Source: Chrysomallon squamiferum (taxonomy: Eukaryota; Animalia; Mollusca). Taken from it: a DNA stretch of 64,000 nt. This document shows positions 12,291 through 25,812 of this stretch, piece by piece. Location: NCBI GenBank assembly GCA_012295275.1, contig CM022666.1:10354001-10418000 (forward strand), given 5' to 3'. The notes below the pieces were generated by a model. The model was not told where the DNA came from and made no database searches. It saw only the letters and a list, made by a program, of their open reading frames with translations. Numbering within the stretch: the first letter of the stretch is position 1; every line of letters starts with the position of its first letter. The position numbers and the translations under genes are program-made.

Positions 12291-13848
12291 TAGTTTGTAC
12301 TCCATGAAAAAGTTGTATTTCCTGTTCTACCTACTGAGTTCAGTAGTGTTAAGTTTATCTATTATTTCAAAATTATTTTTAAAGTTATTACTTAAGTGTA
12401 TTTTGTGTGTGCTTGATGTGTATTTGTATCTGTATGTGTGGCTGTACAGCTGAGTGTCCCCCTACTTGTGATAAATCTGGTGCATATTCACTAACTTTCC
12501 AAACTCACAGCAATAACCTGCAAAACAAAACAAAAAATAAATAAATTACCAAAATTAATAATCTGCAAGACAATTATTAACAAAATGAAATTCCAGAAAG
12601 AATCTGATAGAAATCATTTGCTACTGTTCACCCATCCTCTATTTGTGTGTCAAACGTGTGGAATTAGATTAGTATTATTATTACAATCATTATTTTTAAT
12701 TATTATTTCATCAAATGTTAAAATGATTTGAAACATTATGATGATGCTTATTTACCAGTATTAAAATATAGTTATTTAACTAACTTTGAAAACAACTTTA
12801 AAACAACTTTAACTACCTGTCGGATTTCTTAACATCTGTACACTGATTTTGAAAGACGGAATCTTTGTTCATGTAACCATTGTTAATACTTTAAGTCAAA
12901 ATAATTTAAATGTTTATAAATAAACATTAAATATTTTGAATTTAATAGAACCTTAAATGTTCCTCTGAAACTAAGACAAAACAGAACAGGTGTGAGAGGA
13001 ACTAACTACATTTGACAGATAGTTCTAACATATCGTACACCTCCAGCGAAAGGAAATAGCCTTATCAGTCTGGTTGTTTGGTGCATAACTGAAGAAAAAA
13101 ATGAAAACAAATTTATGATCTATTTTAGCCAATGTACAAACAAGTAGTCAGTGTATGAAATAGAGTGTAATTTTTATGTATAATCTATTGTTTCTCAAAA
13201 TTTATTACTATCATTATTTATTTTTTTAATAACTTTTTGTTCTAATTATTATTGATGGTAATGGGATAATTCCAGTTCTAACAACTGCTCCATTAACAAA
13301 ATAATAATAACAATAGCCTTATATTGTTATAACATTTACCGAATATGTAACACAGATGGCGCTAGAAGCAGACGTATCAAATAAAGCAGACGTTTTTAAA
13401 ATATTTAGGTCATGTTTTCACTTCCTCTTCCGCGGTCTGCTAAAAGCATGGAGACTATCGAATTGAGAACTTCGTGACTATGTGTTAACCTTGTTAAAAG
13501 CTCACACCGTGATTCTTTGCTAATCAGCAACAAATATAACAGATGTTAGAGCTTATGGCAACAAACTGCAGCCCAGCAGACGACAATGCTGTAAAGATTT
13601 ATTTTCTTTACTGGGTTTCTTGGCGTGTTAAGAGATTGAATTAGCATTACATTTTTACAGTAAATTACCTCTTGATACTATATAATCAATACAAACAACC
13701 TACTATGGGTTAAAAAATAAATAAAAATAAAATGAAATAAAATAATAAAAAATAAAACAAAGTGTTGTAAGTATTATATGAAAGATGAAATCATATTTTT
13801 CCTCTTTATTTGGGCCTAAGTATTCTGTTCTATAACCTCTGAATAGAA

Positions 13849-13851
<3 letters not shown>

Positions 13852-13887
<36 letters not shown>

Positions 13888-13888
13888 T

Positions 13889-13954
<66 letters not shown>
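13852..13954. repeat. Poly-T followed by (AAT)n/(ATT)n head-to-head microsatellite
   Basis: Read directly from the sequence. Confidence 0.9.
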
Positions 13955-13955
<1 letters not shown>

Positions 13956-15631
13956 TTGTTACTTATGACAACAAAAAAAAAAAAATATATATATATATTT
14001 TTTTATTATTATTATTATTAATTTTTTTTAAATGTTGTTTTTATATATATATATATATACTCAGGAAAGCCGTACCTTAATAAATACAGTTAAAAGCATC
14101 CCTCATACAATAAAAAGAAATTAATGAATTAATGAATAATTTTAAATATCTAAATAAACTTTGCTTGGCTATGACAGTGAAATATAAATTATTATTCGCA
14201 AAACAGACTCCTGCTTGATTTAACTGTGTCGCCGATGCTGAATAATTCGTTATTATTAACCTCGAATATTCGACATGATTATAATATTATTATAATTTTA
14301 TGTTAGTAATGAACTGATTTGACCTGAAGTTTTGTTGGAATTCATGGAAAAAGGCAAAATTTGTAGGCAAGTAATTTCGTGGCGATATTTTTCATTTCGA
14401 CATCCAATTTATAATTACAGTACGGTGACACGTGGTTTTTAGGATAGGTAAAGAAAACTAACTAAATATAAAAATATATTTCAATAAGTATAATCAAATC
14501 ATATGAAAAACAATGTACGTAGCATCTTTAAATGTAAACATTACAAGTAATTATTCAACGTTGTACCTTTAAATAGTTTTCGTCACACAGCTTACCTTTT
14601 CAATGAAATTAAATTTCTAAAAGTAAACAAACTCTGAATACGTGCTTTCAAACACGTTTCCAAAGCGTTAGCAGAGAAGCGTAAATACAGGTTTTTATTT
14701 TTATTGTCAGTTTTAAGGAAATGGTTTTCTGGATTATTTTAGCACGACCTATTTACTCTGCTGGCGCCACGTATGACACTATGGCAAACTACTCCGACGA
14801 GCAAAAAGTGTTAAATGGGTAATAATAGTTATTTTGCTGCTTCTTTGCAGAATTTCCGGGGGCTGCAGTTTCTACTACATCGAGGTCTGTTTAAGGTTTA
14901 TTCTAAGGAATGAACATTTTACGTGATTTAAAATATCTTAAATTATTTTGATCTCCAAAACAGCGGTCAGAGCTGCATTCAGATACAGACTGCTATTGTC
15001 TTTTACGTTCACCGCCAGTATTCATTAACAAAAAGATACATTGCAGAACATTTCAATTCTCTGTTTCGTTTTTTTGTTGTTGTTTTTTTAAATAACTAAG
15101 TTTTTAGAGTTAAAGTTTGGAACCCAGTTCGAGCCTCGTTTATCTTATTTCTGTCAAAGACATTTACTCCTAGTTCCAGAGCTCACCTCAAAGAGGCCGA
15201 ACCTTCCAAGTCTGTTTTTCAGGAAGATATTTTATCTCAAGGAAGAAACCAATCATAGGGGGAAATTTGATCTGTAATTTGACACCGCTTACAATAATAA
15301 TCATCAAATTTAACATTTCACTAAAAATGCATTAAGCTAAGATTTCATTGTTAAATGTTGTATGTAAGTGCATTTTACAATAAATTAAATATTCAAATAA
15401 ATCATTCATAAAAATTAAATATGATTAAATATAAATTATATTACCCCTCTAAATATTAATGGTTTAGTCCAGATTGACTGAAAAGTCGGCAGGTTAGTGT
15501 GTTTGTGATTACCATTTGCTTTAACGTTGGGGTAAAATCTGCATCAAAAAGGACTAAATCCACCTACGCCCACAGTAAAATACCCTGCTCTCTATCACCA
15601 CTTTGTACACATTATAGTGACATCATCCACA

Positions 15632-18600
15632 ATGTCCACGACTTCGAAAGCTGAGATGGAAGGTAAGAACTGAATTTTGTTTTTCAAATTCTTTAAGAAT
15701 GACACACTGTTTCTCTATTTAACACATTTAGGGCAAGGTTCTCTAATCTAGTAATAAATACTCGAAATATTAATGTTTTAATGCTACTATAAGTCAATTA
15801 AAAATTATCAATGACAGTTAAAAAAGAAGCAACAATACATTATGTTTTCTAAGGAAAATGTACATTTTTTAAAATCGGTAATGTAATTGAAACGTACATA
15901 CATATGCAGTGGTATCAGGGACGCGTGTGGTGAGCTAACGAGTGATAGCTGATTTGTCTCTAACAGTGAACATTATACATTAGACGATGCGCACGGAATA
16001 ATGTTTAAGTATTATAACATTCCTAGACTAAATGGGAACATCGATTGGATTTAAGGCAGATTCTTATTTTAAGGCTACGAGTTGATATGTGATCAAAATG
16101 CATATTGCGTCAACGAATCCTGATCTCGCAAATATGTAGGATATGTAGGCAGATGACTATGTTCGACAAATACAAAAAATTATAAACTTAATATCAGTAT
16201 TAAAAAAGTGTATACCAAACAAGTTTAAGATTTATATTAGTGCAAAACAGTATTCAGTCTTGTATGTTACTCTCAATGATTTAAACAAAATATATTCACT
16301 TTGATAAATTCACAGTGTAGACAGTTTAAATATGTATAATTTAAGTCTGAAAGATGAAATAGTAATGTTGGTGTTTCATGCAAAGCTTTAATGAAGGTTG
16401 CACTGAACGGAGAACAAACAGTCCTTCTGGATGAGAACATTGAAATATTTCCCATGCTGCTGAAGATGTAATCTGTTCAACAGCAGATTTCTTTATTCAT
16501 GTTGACGTATCAAAAAACAACAAAAATGACTGTTTATTTTAAACTTTTAAGTAATTATAAAATTTTGATTCATTTCCATTTTTTTATGTATAAGTAGAAA
16601 TCTACGCGTCTTGAAACTACTTTGGCGTGTCATCTATAACTTAAAAGGAGATCAAGAGAAAAAAAAAAAAAAAAAAAAAAGATTATATATATGTAGGAAA
16701 TTTCTATAAGATAAGATTGTGACGAGAAAAGATAATTATATTCCTTTAACAGGAAATGTCAGTTTATAGCAGGAAGGTAAAGTAATACAACAGATATGAC
16801 TAGCTTGGATTGGAAATGGATTAAATAGGCAAACCCTTAAGATGTTGGCGACGAGATGAAGGCAGTTGCATTTTACGAAAAAGAAGCCTTATTCTTTTAA
16901 GTGAGCATAGACTAATTTTAGTGCATTGATAAACGAATACTCGGAAGTATGTATACTAGAAAATGTATTAAGATTCTGAATCATTAATATGACTGTATAT
17001 TTTTAGAAATATAATACTTAGAAAGGTGATCCTGGTGTCAAAAACTGATCTTTATGGAGTCAATAAATTTATCAAAACGGTTTGTTGTCAAACAGTTCAA
17101 ATAGCTGATTAAAATGGTGGTGTTTCTAAGATGAAAATCAAATAATTTCTTTAGGAAAGACACCTATTCATGATAAATGTCACATTTTTAGTGGTTGATA
17201 AATTTAGTTTTGAAGACACCGAAATGATAAATCAAGATGAGGTATGTATATTTTGAAAAAATGACAGCCATATCGCCCGAATAAATTTCAACAAATGTGA
17301 TATTGGTCCAGGGTGACTGATTTCTGCCATACTGTCACATTATATTGCCATAGTGTCATGTTATACTGCGCCACCATAGTGCCATGTTATACTGCCATAG
17401 TGTCACGTTATACTGCCAGTCACGTTATATTGCTATTGTGTCATGTTATACTGCCATAAAGTCACGTTATATTGCCATAGTGTCATGTTATACTGACATA
17501 GTGTCACGTTATACTGCGCCGCCATAGTGTCACGTTATACTGCACCGCCATAGTGTCATGTTATACTGACATAGTGTCACGTTATACTGCGCCGCCATAG
17601 TGTCACGTTATACTGCGCCGCCATAGTGCCATGTTATACTGACATAGTGTCACGTTATACTGCGCCGCCATAGTGTCACGTTATACTGCGCCGCCAAAGT
17701 GCCATGTTATACTGCCATTGTGTCATGTTATACTGAGCCATAATGTCGCGTTATACTGCGCCATAGTGTCACGTTATACTGCATCATTGTGTCACGTTAT
17801 ACTGCCATAGTATCACGTTATACTGCCATTGAGTCACGTTATATTGCCATAGTGTCTCGTTATGCTGGCATAGTGTCACGTTATACTGAGCCATAATGTC
17901 ACGTTATACTGAGCCATAATGTCGCGTTATACTGCATCATTGTGTCACGTTATACTGCCATAGTGTCACGTTATACTGCCATAGTATCACGTTATACTGC
18001 ATCATTGTGTCACGTTATACTGCCATAGTGTCACGTTATACTGCGCCATACTGCTGTCCCGATTATTAAAAAATTAAAGCTTTTTTACAGGACTATAAAA
18101 TATGTCTACTTCTAAAATATATAAGTTTACATTAAATAAAATGTAGTGGTTTCCTTGATTTTCTCGTTTAAAATCTATAAAGCGTTTATTTGTGTAACAA
18201 TCGTTTTTTTTAACCGTTTACTTGTCTTGTATTTCATTTGATCACTAGTTGAAAGCCGACTTAGAGAAATACCCAGTGTGAACAAAAATGTTACAAAATT
18301 GACACTAATAAAGATATTTAAATCAATTATTATTGCCTAATAAAACTCGCGACAAAATCCACTGGGTTTGCTGCAAACACAACACTGAATGTGATATCTG
18401 ATTTATCTTAATCTCAGTTCGTTATATTCGCAACCCGTGCAGGACTGAAATTGTTATCGTCCGTGAGAATTATATATAATTCATATATATCTGCATCACA
18501 TGGCAGTTCACGTACATCCAGGATTTCGTAACAGCATGGAGCGAGATCCATGCAGAAGTGAAAGACAGCACAGAACCCTAAAAAAGTCTCCAGAATCTGA

Positions 18601-18686
18601 CCCCAGGAATAATTTGCATAATTTCAAGATGGCGAACCCCACATATTTCAGTGTTCTACAACCTTATTACCAACAGAGGAAAACAT

Positions 18687-18746
<60 letters not shown>

Positions 18747-21613
18747 AAATTGTTCTGTGACTTTATATTTAATCAGCTTATCTCCAATGAAATAACTATC
18801 TTCTCACAGAATAGATTAATCCAGAACTGTAAGCATAGTTTTCTCAATATACCCCACCAAAACCTAGTTGTGTCTACTGTATCCGGCCCGAAACTGGCGA
18901 CACCATTTTGATTATCAATTGGTTTCTTCTGACGAATGTATGAATTTTCAGAATGTCTGTGTTTTCTACGTCATTATATGTCCGGACGAGCCGACAGAAC
19001 ACAATAAACAGTCATGACGTACCATGTTCGAAAAACATACAAGTAATAACGCTTACAATGTTAACTTGAAATATAGCAATGCTGTCGTATAATAACGCAG
19101 TGATTATCTCTTACTGTACTGTATTGTTATTAATTAATTAATTAATTAATTTATTTATTTATTATTATTATTAATTTTTTTTTCATGAATACTTTTCTTT
19201 GTTACTTTTATTTTCTGACCTTCATAATGGAGCGTTGTAATTCACGCCAATATCCATATATTTCGTTCGATGGTAAGTTCGTTTGTGGATGAATCGCAGA
19301 CAAGTCATTTATTCAAACTCATGGTTGATTTAAAACCAAATATTTTCTCTAAATGTTTTTTTTTTTTTTTAACGTTTCTTCTCATTGGTAATGCTAAATG
19401 TAATATGTTGATTCCCTTGCTAATAAGGATAGAATTATGATCTTATTATATTAATATATTACTGTATTAAATCATTTGCACACCACTTTGACTCGCCAGT
19501 CCATTAAACCGATGAGTACTGAGAAGATAGTTATTTCATTGGAGATAAGCTGATTAAATATTAAAGATAATTGGGTTTTTTTTAATAGTTAAACAGTACA
19601 TCGCTAAGGTTTTCCAGTTTGCCGATGTTACGGTTGGAAGGTTAAACATGTATTTATATTATACTTAAGACAAACATCAACAATAAAGGATATGATATTT
19701 TATAATAAATTCGAATATTGTAAACAGTAATTAAAAAAACACATTTGTTCATATAAAAATAATATTAATTTTAACTATACAAAACATAAGAGAACAAAAA
19801 CGAGACCACTTAGATCATTCCACCAGAAAGAACAACATGAGAGAGAGACGGCGGGAGGGAGAGCATGAGGAAGAAAATAAGAAGGAATACAAAGATCTTA
19901 ATAGAAAATACAAGAAAAAATAAAAAGGATAAGCAAGAAGAACGATAAAACAAGAAAGTCTTCTATAAACACGAAGAACACAAAAATATTTATTCTTGTT
20001 TGCATTTCTCTCATTACAAAATATTATTTCAGATGATTTCGTTTTCTTCACGTGCATAGAAACATGGCGTCCTGGGGTCGCCGAGCGGGATTGCCAGAAG
20101 AAGATAAACTCGACACTGCATTCCTTATCAGAGCTATAATTCACTTTAAACTGTCGTAAGATTAATATATTGTCAAGTTTATCAAAAAAGTATCTGAATA
20201 TGTATTAAGATTTAAATTTAAAGATTCAGTTGTATCGTTGATTAAGGTACAGCCTTGTGATGTGTATTAGAGAAAATCTAAAAACTGAAGTTGATTTTGA
20301 ACTTCTTTTTTTTCAGACATCCATAGAACAATTATTATTTCCTTTAGTAAATGATATTGAAGAAACTGAATTGAAGTTCCGAAAAAATAAATATGTGGCT
20401 GACAAATACAGTGAAAATGTAAATAAAGAAGCTATCATGACTGTCTTCACGGATTTATATTTATGAGCAATATGACTTTTTCGTCATCTAATGTGTAAAA
20501 TGTGCACTATTTATGTTTTTGTATAGGTATGTGGTCAATAACTCGGTCTAGCTAAAACCATCAACAGTTTAATTGCCCGACACAGCAGGTCTCTCTTTGT
20601 CTCTTCCAATATGTGGTAGTACTTGTGTTATTTTCACATTTACAAACACGCACATACAAATGCATGCCTTCGTATAAACACTTACCTACCTACCAACATA
20701 AATATATATGCACTTATACTCCGGACGTCTGATTACTTGCATATACTGAAATGTGGGTTGATGCCGTGGCGAAAATCCAAAATGTTTGCAGCATCCTTTA
20801 GAAGAAGTGTTGCGATTTCTTCTGCAAGATATCACTTCAGATCTGGTGGCATTATTTGTTCAAGGACTAAATTCACTGTAGCAGACTGAAGTATAACTAG
20901 ACATTAATTGTCAGTTACTAGATCAATCTTTTCTGCCAGTTTTCTGTCAGTGTTCCTCTTTGAACGAGTTTGTAGAATGCAGTTTCATTTTGAATATTTA
21001 TAAATGTAATATGTCAGGACAAAAAGTATGTATAATTAGAAAACAAATGAGATTTCAAGATACCTTTTATAGGTTTTTATTTTATTTTATTTATTATTAT
21101 TATTTTTTGTTTTGTTTATGTCTGCCATATTTTACAGAACAGCGTACCGTATTATCTCTGGTAATGCAATTAATATGTAACTGTTTTGTCATTTACCAGT
21201 AAATGAAAATAACACTTGCATAGCAACTCATTTTTCTAATAAATTACTAAGTTTTATGTTAATCATATTTTTTCTTTTCTACAGACAGACACTTGTTTGA
21301 TAATAATAATAATAAAATAAATAAATAAATAGAAGATTCTCCCCGACATAACGATTTTTACAGCGTTATTTAGTAAAGACTTGCAGCAAGTTTTAATAAT
21401 ATTTATATTTTGTAACGAAATCCATAAATACCATGTATGATTCATTTAACATTTTGCATGTAATGCCAAACTGTGCCAAAATAATCTGTAAAAAGAAAGG
21501 AGAGTCCTACATTTTGGTAACGTTATATTATCCATATGAAACAAATGCATTATCATTTACCAATTTCTTTTTATTATAACTTTATATTTGTACACACATT
21601 AAAAACAATGGCT

Positions 21614-21646
<33 letters not shown>

Positions 21647-23861
21647 TTTTTTTGTGTGTGTGTTAATGTGTGTGGCGGTTTTAATAATAATAATTATATT
21701 TATTATTATTATGTATCTTACTGACGCGAAAACGATATAAATGTCGTTCTTTCGTAAATACACTTTACATGTTTAGTGTGAAATAAATATATGACATTTA
21801 TTTTTATCTCATCGACTCTTTAGATAATATCCAAAAAATCTGGAGAATTCCAATGCAAATTTTGATAATCAGTTCTTTTTTCTTTTATTGATAATAATGA
21901 TTACGGTAAGGTGTAAACTGTATTTTTATACTGAAGTGAAATTTATTTTTAATGTGAAGAGTGAGCTTAATGTTTTTAATAAACCATATTCACTGGGCTG
22001 ATGATTTGTACGCTTTTATCTTAAGTCACTTCTTTCTTTCAAGTTCAACATGTTTCGTTGTTTATTTACACGTACATGGAGAAATCGTGTTTCAACCATA
22101 TACAAAGTGGTACAATTGCACAAATTCTGAGAGTAGCCAGGGGGTCGGTACCAACCATTCGGGCAATTCCTGATTTAAAAACAACTCAGTACAGTTTAGT
22201 TTGTTGGTGAACTGTGAACATTTTTAATAACACATTCATAAACATTATATTACCTAGAATTTTTATTTTAGATATTTTACTCATCGAAATTAGCTGAGTT
22301 TTTGTTGACTTCAAAATATTATCATGAAAATATACACAAGCTTATTATCAAATTAAAATGCCGGTTACTTTGTTTATTCCACAGAGCTACGTTGATAACT
22401 CATAAAAATATTTAGGACATGAAGCGAATTATACTGTGATAATAGATGTTAAATAAATATTAAACATTTAATAAATTGATTCTTAGATTACGTTCAAATC
22501 CTGAGTTTTTGGCATGAATAAAGAGTCGAACTTTTTACAGCTGAAAATATTGATTTGTAAAAGACCGTGATGTGTATTTTCCATACGTCTATTAGGAAGG
22601 TGCATATTATTTCAAATGTATCACTTACCAACATATAACAAAAACTTCTATGACTGCATTCGTTCTTGAAAAGAACTTATCATTAGTTATTTACTTTAAT
22701 CATCTGTTACTTCTCTTTCTACATAGCTGTATTCTACAGTAGCTGGGCCAAGGGCATCATGCACTTATAGAAAGTTGTTTTCTCTAAATAGCAAATAATT
22801 TCTTGACAGGAACTGCAAAAAAAAAAAAAAAAAATGTTCATAATTTGGCAAAAAATATATTTGCGATGTTTCCATCAAACTAGTCAAAATAGTAGCTTCC
22901 AAAGTTTATTTCTACTGCGCAGATTTAACTAACTGAAGGCCAAAGTGACTGCGTAGAATGTAAAATTAACAGTAACTTTAATAAATTCAGTGGTACGTAA
23001 GAAAGATACTTAATATAAGAATTCTTCTTTTATTTAATTTATTATAAACAAATACTAAACAGAATTATTTATAAAATTCAGAAATTTTATTTTTAAAGTT
23101 TAAATTATGTTGTTGCCGAAGTTGGGCATGGGAAAATAGTATGCTACTTCCTTTATTATATTTTCTACTTAATTTTATTATATTATTATTATTATTTATT
23201 TATTTATTTTTGGCATATATATATAAAATAGGAATGAGAAGTTTTCTTTATGTTATTGTGCATATGCGTTGTGGTTCTTTTCTCACAAAAACCTGGCTTT
23301 ATTTGATCAAGAATGCTGTAGTACAAGAATAGCTTACATTTTATCATAAAAAGATATTAGTTTTCCTTGCTCCATTGTTTTTTTTTTATAATACACTAAA
23401 ACGATGTACACTATATTAAAATTAATTAATTAATAAAAAAAAAAATAATAATAAATGTGTTATTAATGATATAATTAAATTTATATTAAATGCCGCTCAT
23501 GATAATAACCAGCTATGTTTATAGATAACATTATTTTGTGTTGTTGATGATAATTATCAGCTATATTTATAGATAACATCATTTTATATTGTTGATGATA
23601 ATTACCAGCTATATTTATAGATAACATCACTGAGTGTTGTTGATAATAATTATCTGCTATATTTATAGATAACTATATCTTACGATGATGATGATATTTC
23701 AGATGTTAGGGAGGTGTTTGATTTGTTTGATTTCTGGGATGGACGGGACGGACTGATAGACGCTGTCAAAGTTGGTGACTTGTTGAGATGTGTCGGCTTA
23801 AACCCCACCGTGGAGCTTGCGATTAAACATGGAGGTACCAAGAAACCAGGTACAACAAAAT

Positions 23862-23911
<50 letters not shown>

Positions 23912-24020
23912 TGAGTACGTCTGTGTCTGCATGTGTCTGTATATTTTCGTACGTACATAATACGTTCGTGCGTATGTTTGTCTTCATCAGCAATATTTCA
24001 AATCCATCAAAAGTCCACAT

Positions 24021-24051
<31 letters not shown>

Positions 24052-24859
24052 TTCCGTGAATAAAAGTTAATGTTTTTATTCAGGAGAAAAGCAGCTTGCA
24101 TTTGAAGAATTTTTAGCCAGTTACGAAGCAGTGAAAAAGGAGAAAGATGTGGGTACCTACAAGGAGTTTGTTGAAGCTATGAAATCTTTCGACCGAGAAG
24201 GGCAGGGCTATATTTCGGCAGCGGAGATGCGACATATGCTTACTGCAATGGGTAAGATAAATCAATGATCACAATCTTTTTCGTGACAGCTGTCGTGAGT
24301 AGATAATCGTGACAAACGTGCTGTAAAAACTGAACTTACGAGAACAGTTTCGCAGGTGAACACTTACTTACTGTCTAATAAGTTGAACTCATTTGTGAAT
24401 CTTGTCCATGTTAGCACTCCCGATTTCTGGCTGAAGCTAAACAAGTGATATAAATCATTATCAATAAATTACTGTCATTACTGGAACCACTACCACTACC
24501 ATCATCACAACAGCGACGACAGTGACCAGTGCCACCGCCTTGTATCAAGTTTCATTAACAAACAGGAATGTATTCTTCCTCTTTCTTTCATTTCATTCTT
24601 TTTTTCTTTTATATGTATACATTTTTTTTTTCTTCTTCTTCTTTTTTTTTCTTCTAACAGTTAAAGAAATCACCGGATATAATAAGACATCTTCGTACTT
24701 CACTAAACTATACCACTGTGTTTGAAGTTAAAATTTTAACTACATGTAATATGTGTTGTTATTGCAGGAGAGAGACTTTCTGATGCCGAGGTTGACGAAA
24801 TTATCAGACTCACTGACACGAGAGAGGACTTAGAGGGAAATGTTAAATATGAAGGTATT

Positions 24860-24891
<32 letters not shown>

Positions 24892-25812
24892 GTCAGGGTT
24901 CCCAATATAGGGTAAATTATCCAAGAAATAAATTTGTCGACTCTGGATTTGAACATATTCTGGTACACAGGTACTTCACCAATAGTTCACCATCAGCACA
25001 TGAAATAACATAGTTAATCGATATTATTGCTGCATTTGTTCAACTTAAAATAATTTTATTCAAAATATTTTTAAAACTTTCACTCTGACGTTAATTTGTC
25101 AAAGTAGAAGTGTAAACTCAAATTAAACGGATGGGATGAATTTACTTACTAAAAGCCGCAATGAGTAAGAGAGAAGAAAAGATTGGGAAGCTTAATATAT
25201 GTATATATCAATACAGAGATGTTTACTCAAGACGTATGGCAATGAAAAACACGTCACTAGAAAAAATGGCACTATGGAAGTATGGAAAAATGACAAAAAT
25301 TGCATTAAATGTCGAACTTAAAACTATTATAATAAAGAATTCATAAAATGTATGATTAAATATAATATAAATTTATCTTTTGTACATAGCCATAAATTTA
25401 AAAGAAAAAAAAAGAAGAAGAAAAGTAAATAAATAAATAAAATAAATAATAATAATAAATTAAAAAATAGAAAATAGATCTTTCATATATAATGGATATA
25501 GTCTTACAGTGACATGTTTTAAACACTGCCAATTTTTTTTTTTTTTGATACATCCATACTCTTAGCTTTGTATTTTTTCATTAAGTACTAGATTTTTGTT
25601 TCTTTAGTCAGATGTGTGTGTGTGTGTGTGTATGTTGTTATTATTATTATTATTATTATTGGTAGTAGTATTGTCGTTGTTGTTTAACTTAATAGTTTAA
25701 CTTTTTAAAATTACTAAATAGGTCAGGAATAAATCCAGTGATGCCATGAATCATTTGATTTTCAGATTTTATTAACAAAGTTTTGAAAGGCCCTGATGGG
25801 AAAGATCTGTAA
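15632..25812 (+). CDS. Myosin essential (alkali) light chain, paralogue A, 159 aa, 5 coding exons
   Basis: Exons 15632-15662, 23703-23849, 24084-24251, 24768-24854, 25766-25812 (480 nt, phases continuous). Protein [46 protein letters not shown]...[82 protein letters not shown] and [10 protein letters not shown] are scallop-type ELC motifs. Exon 1 lies 8 kb upstream and is assigned by phase, its strong donor (AAG|GTAAGA) and similarity to paralogue B's N-terminus. Confidence 0.93.
17326..18053. repeat. Minisatellite, about 21-26 bp unit (GCCATAGTGTCACGTTATACT), roughly 30 copies
   Basis: Contiguous tandem units with 2-5 bp insertion variants (GC, GA, GCGCC, GCAT), in intron 1 of ELC paralogue A. 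Confidence 0.97.
18690..18744. repeat. (CA)n microsatellite
   Basis: Read directly from the sequence. Confidence 0.95.
23501..23673. repeat. 48-bp tandem repeat, about 3.5 copies
   Basis: Unit approximately GATAATTACCAGCTATATTTATAGATAACATCATTTTGTGTTGTTGAT; it ends about 30 bp before the acceptor at 23702. Confidence 0.9.
23870..23909. repeat. (TG)n microsatellite in ELC-A intron 2
   Basis: Read directly from the sequence. Confidence 0.95.

Noticed and set aside
12738-12846. C/D-box snoRNA candidate (ATGATGA...CTGA)
   Set aside because: There is no terminal stem or recognisable rRNA-complementary guide, and it lies on the strand opposite the putative host transcript.
17326-18053. Regular array superficially like CRISPR
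   Set aside because: The units are contiguous with no unique spacers, there are no cas genes, and the context is a eukaryotic intron.
18500-18905. Possible MITE around the (CA)n tract
   Set aside because: The ends are too degenerate to define TIRs or a TSD.
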